A stretch of DNA of 64,000 nt. Origin: Schmidtea polychroa (taxonomy: Eukaryota). The stretch covers positions 234,610,001 through 234,674,000 of the forward strand of contig CM097885.1 of assembly GCA_044892525.1 (NCBI GenBank). The letters are read 5' to 3'. The notes beneath the pieces were generated by a model, which searched no databases, was not told the origin of the DNA, and saw only the letters and a list, made by a program, of their open reading frames with translations. The translations under genes were made by a program, and so were the position numbers. Below are positions 62,801 through 64,000 of this stretch, in pieces. Position 1 is the stretch's first letter. Every line of letters begins with the position of its first letter.

Positions 62801-64000
62801 AAATAGGTTATTGAATTGTGGTATCAACACTACTTGTCCTACACGCATACGTTCATTATGGTGCCATCGGTGTTTGAATGGGTTTAATAATAGAAACGCA
62901 CTAGAAAAACATGAAATATTATGCAAACGTAATCAATTAGGAACAACTCTTTATACTTTCCCTCAAAATAAATTCTTACAGTTTACTGACTGGTCGAAAA
63001 CAGTAACTCCTCCTTTTGTAGTTTATGCCGATTTTGAGGCTGTTTTACCTTCTGATAATGATCATTTTCAGCGACACATGCCAATATCTGCTGGTCTTTT
63101 ACTAGTAAATAACTTTGACGGATCTAAATCTTATCAGCAGTTCATAGGTTTAGATTGCGTCGAGAGTTTTTTAAGTGCTATAGAGGATATAGCATTAAAT
63201 AAGGTTCTTCCTTTTTATTATAAAATGGGTAGGAAACCAATGATTAAATTAACGAAAATTGAGCAACAACAATTCATTAATTCAACGGTTTGTTATCTTT
63301 GTTTGAAATCTATCGTGGATCCTGTTAGAGATCACGATCATTTTACGGGGAAATACTTGGGTGCAGCTTGTAGCACATGTAACGTAAATAGAAAAATAAA
63401 TAAAATTTTGCCTATCGTATTTCACAACTTGAAGGGATACGATATGCACCATATACTTAAATATGGATTAAATAAATTTAAAAATTGGAATTTAGGGTGC
63501 ATCCCAATAACTACGGAAAAATTTATATCTTTGATTGCTCATTTAGGTAAAATTAGCCTAAGATTCATTGATTCGTATCAATTTGTCAATGATTCTTTGG
63601 CTAAAGCAGTCAAAACTTTGAATTCTTTGCCTTTTACTAATTCTGCTTTTTCTGGCACCATTGTAAGTGAAAAAGGAATCTTCCCTTATAATTTCGCCAC
63701 TTCTTTAGATATTCTCCAAACTACTTATGAATTACCACCAATCTGGGAGGGTGTCACTGAGCTTGAGTATGAAAAAGCTCAGGAGATTTGGGTAGAAACT
63801 AATTGCGTAACTTTATTAGATTATATGATGATCTACCTAAAACTTGATTGTTTTCTTTTGGCTGATTTCTTTCATCAGTTTCGGTTGAAATCCATTGCTC
63901 ACAATAGATTGGAACCATTGAATTATTTCGGAATTCCAGGCATGTCTTGGTCTTCTGCATTAATGTCTTTAAATGAACCAATTGAACTCATAACTGAAAA
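59840..64000 (+). repeat. Inverted copy of the element A arm (~54980-58937), running off the window
   Basis: Reverse-complement match across the 144-bp repeats, promoter, leader exons and PolB. About 200 bp of extra sequence, mostly near 60580-60790. Confidence 0.93.
61125..64000 (+). pseudogene. Second pPolB copy (partial). Exons 61125-61179, 61224-61280, 61327-61389, 61594->64000; homopolymer frameshifts near 61741 and 62330
   Basis: Same leader and splice sites as the left copy. AAA where the left copy has TAA. The T-run is one base shorter and the A-run one base longer than in the left copy (could be sequencing error). Confidence 0.85.

Noticed and set aside
57101..64000. Palindrome as a pure assembly or amplification chimera
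   Set aside because: The arms differ by many synonymous substitutions and ~200 bp of indels, and the axis is a discrete element with termini. Not fully excluded without reads.
46745..64000. Capsid, integrase and cysteine protease genes expected for a complete Polinton
   Set aside because: No ORF with the relevant motifs is visible. They are presumably outside the window or deleted, so they are not annotated.

Overview
This is an AT-rich eukaryotic (probably invertebrate) window with ~45-nt introns, made mostly of nested mobile elements. Positions 1-35 kb hold a stack of hAT transposons, MITEs and a decayed Gypsy element. They also hold a few host genes: cytidine deaminase, three ARMH3/C10orf76 exons, a kinase pseudogene and a PPxY membrane protein. 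From 35.5 kb onward lies a cluster of at least four Polinton/Maverick-type (adintovirus-like) elements that share the terminus AGTAG-N3-GWT-N4-GCCC. (i) An 11-kb non-coding element has ~3-kb TIRs and a 6-bp TSD, and its empty target site is also in the window. (ii) An element starting at 46745 carries an AP-1/NR5A-site array, a spliced Bcl-2 homolog, a divergent TBP homolog, other small (partly spliced) cargo genes and an A32-like packaging ATPase. (iii) An element inserted into (ii) carries an intron-containing protein-primed PolB. (iv) A 0.9-kb mini-element is the axis of a fold-back duplication of that PolB arm. No capsid, integrase or protease gene is visible in the window. All calls come from reading motifs by eye; no searches were run.
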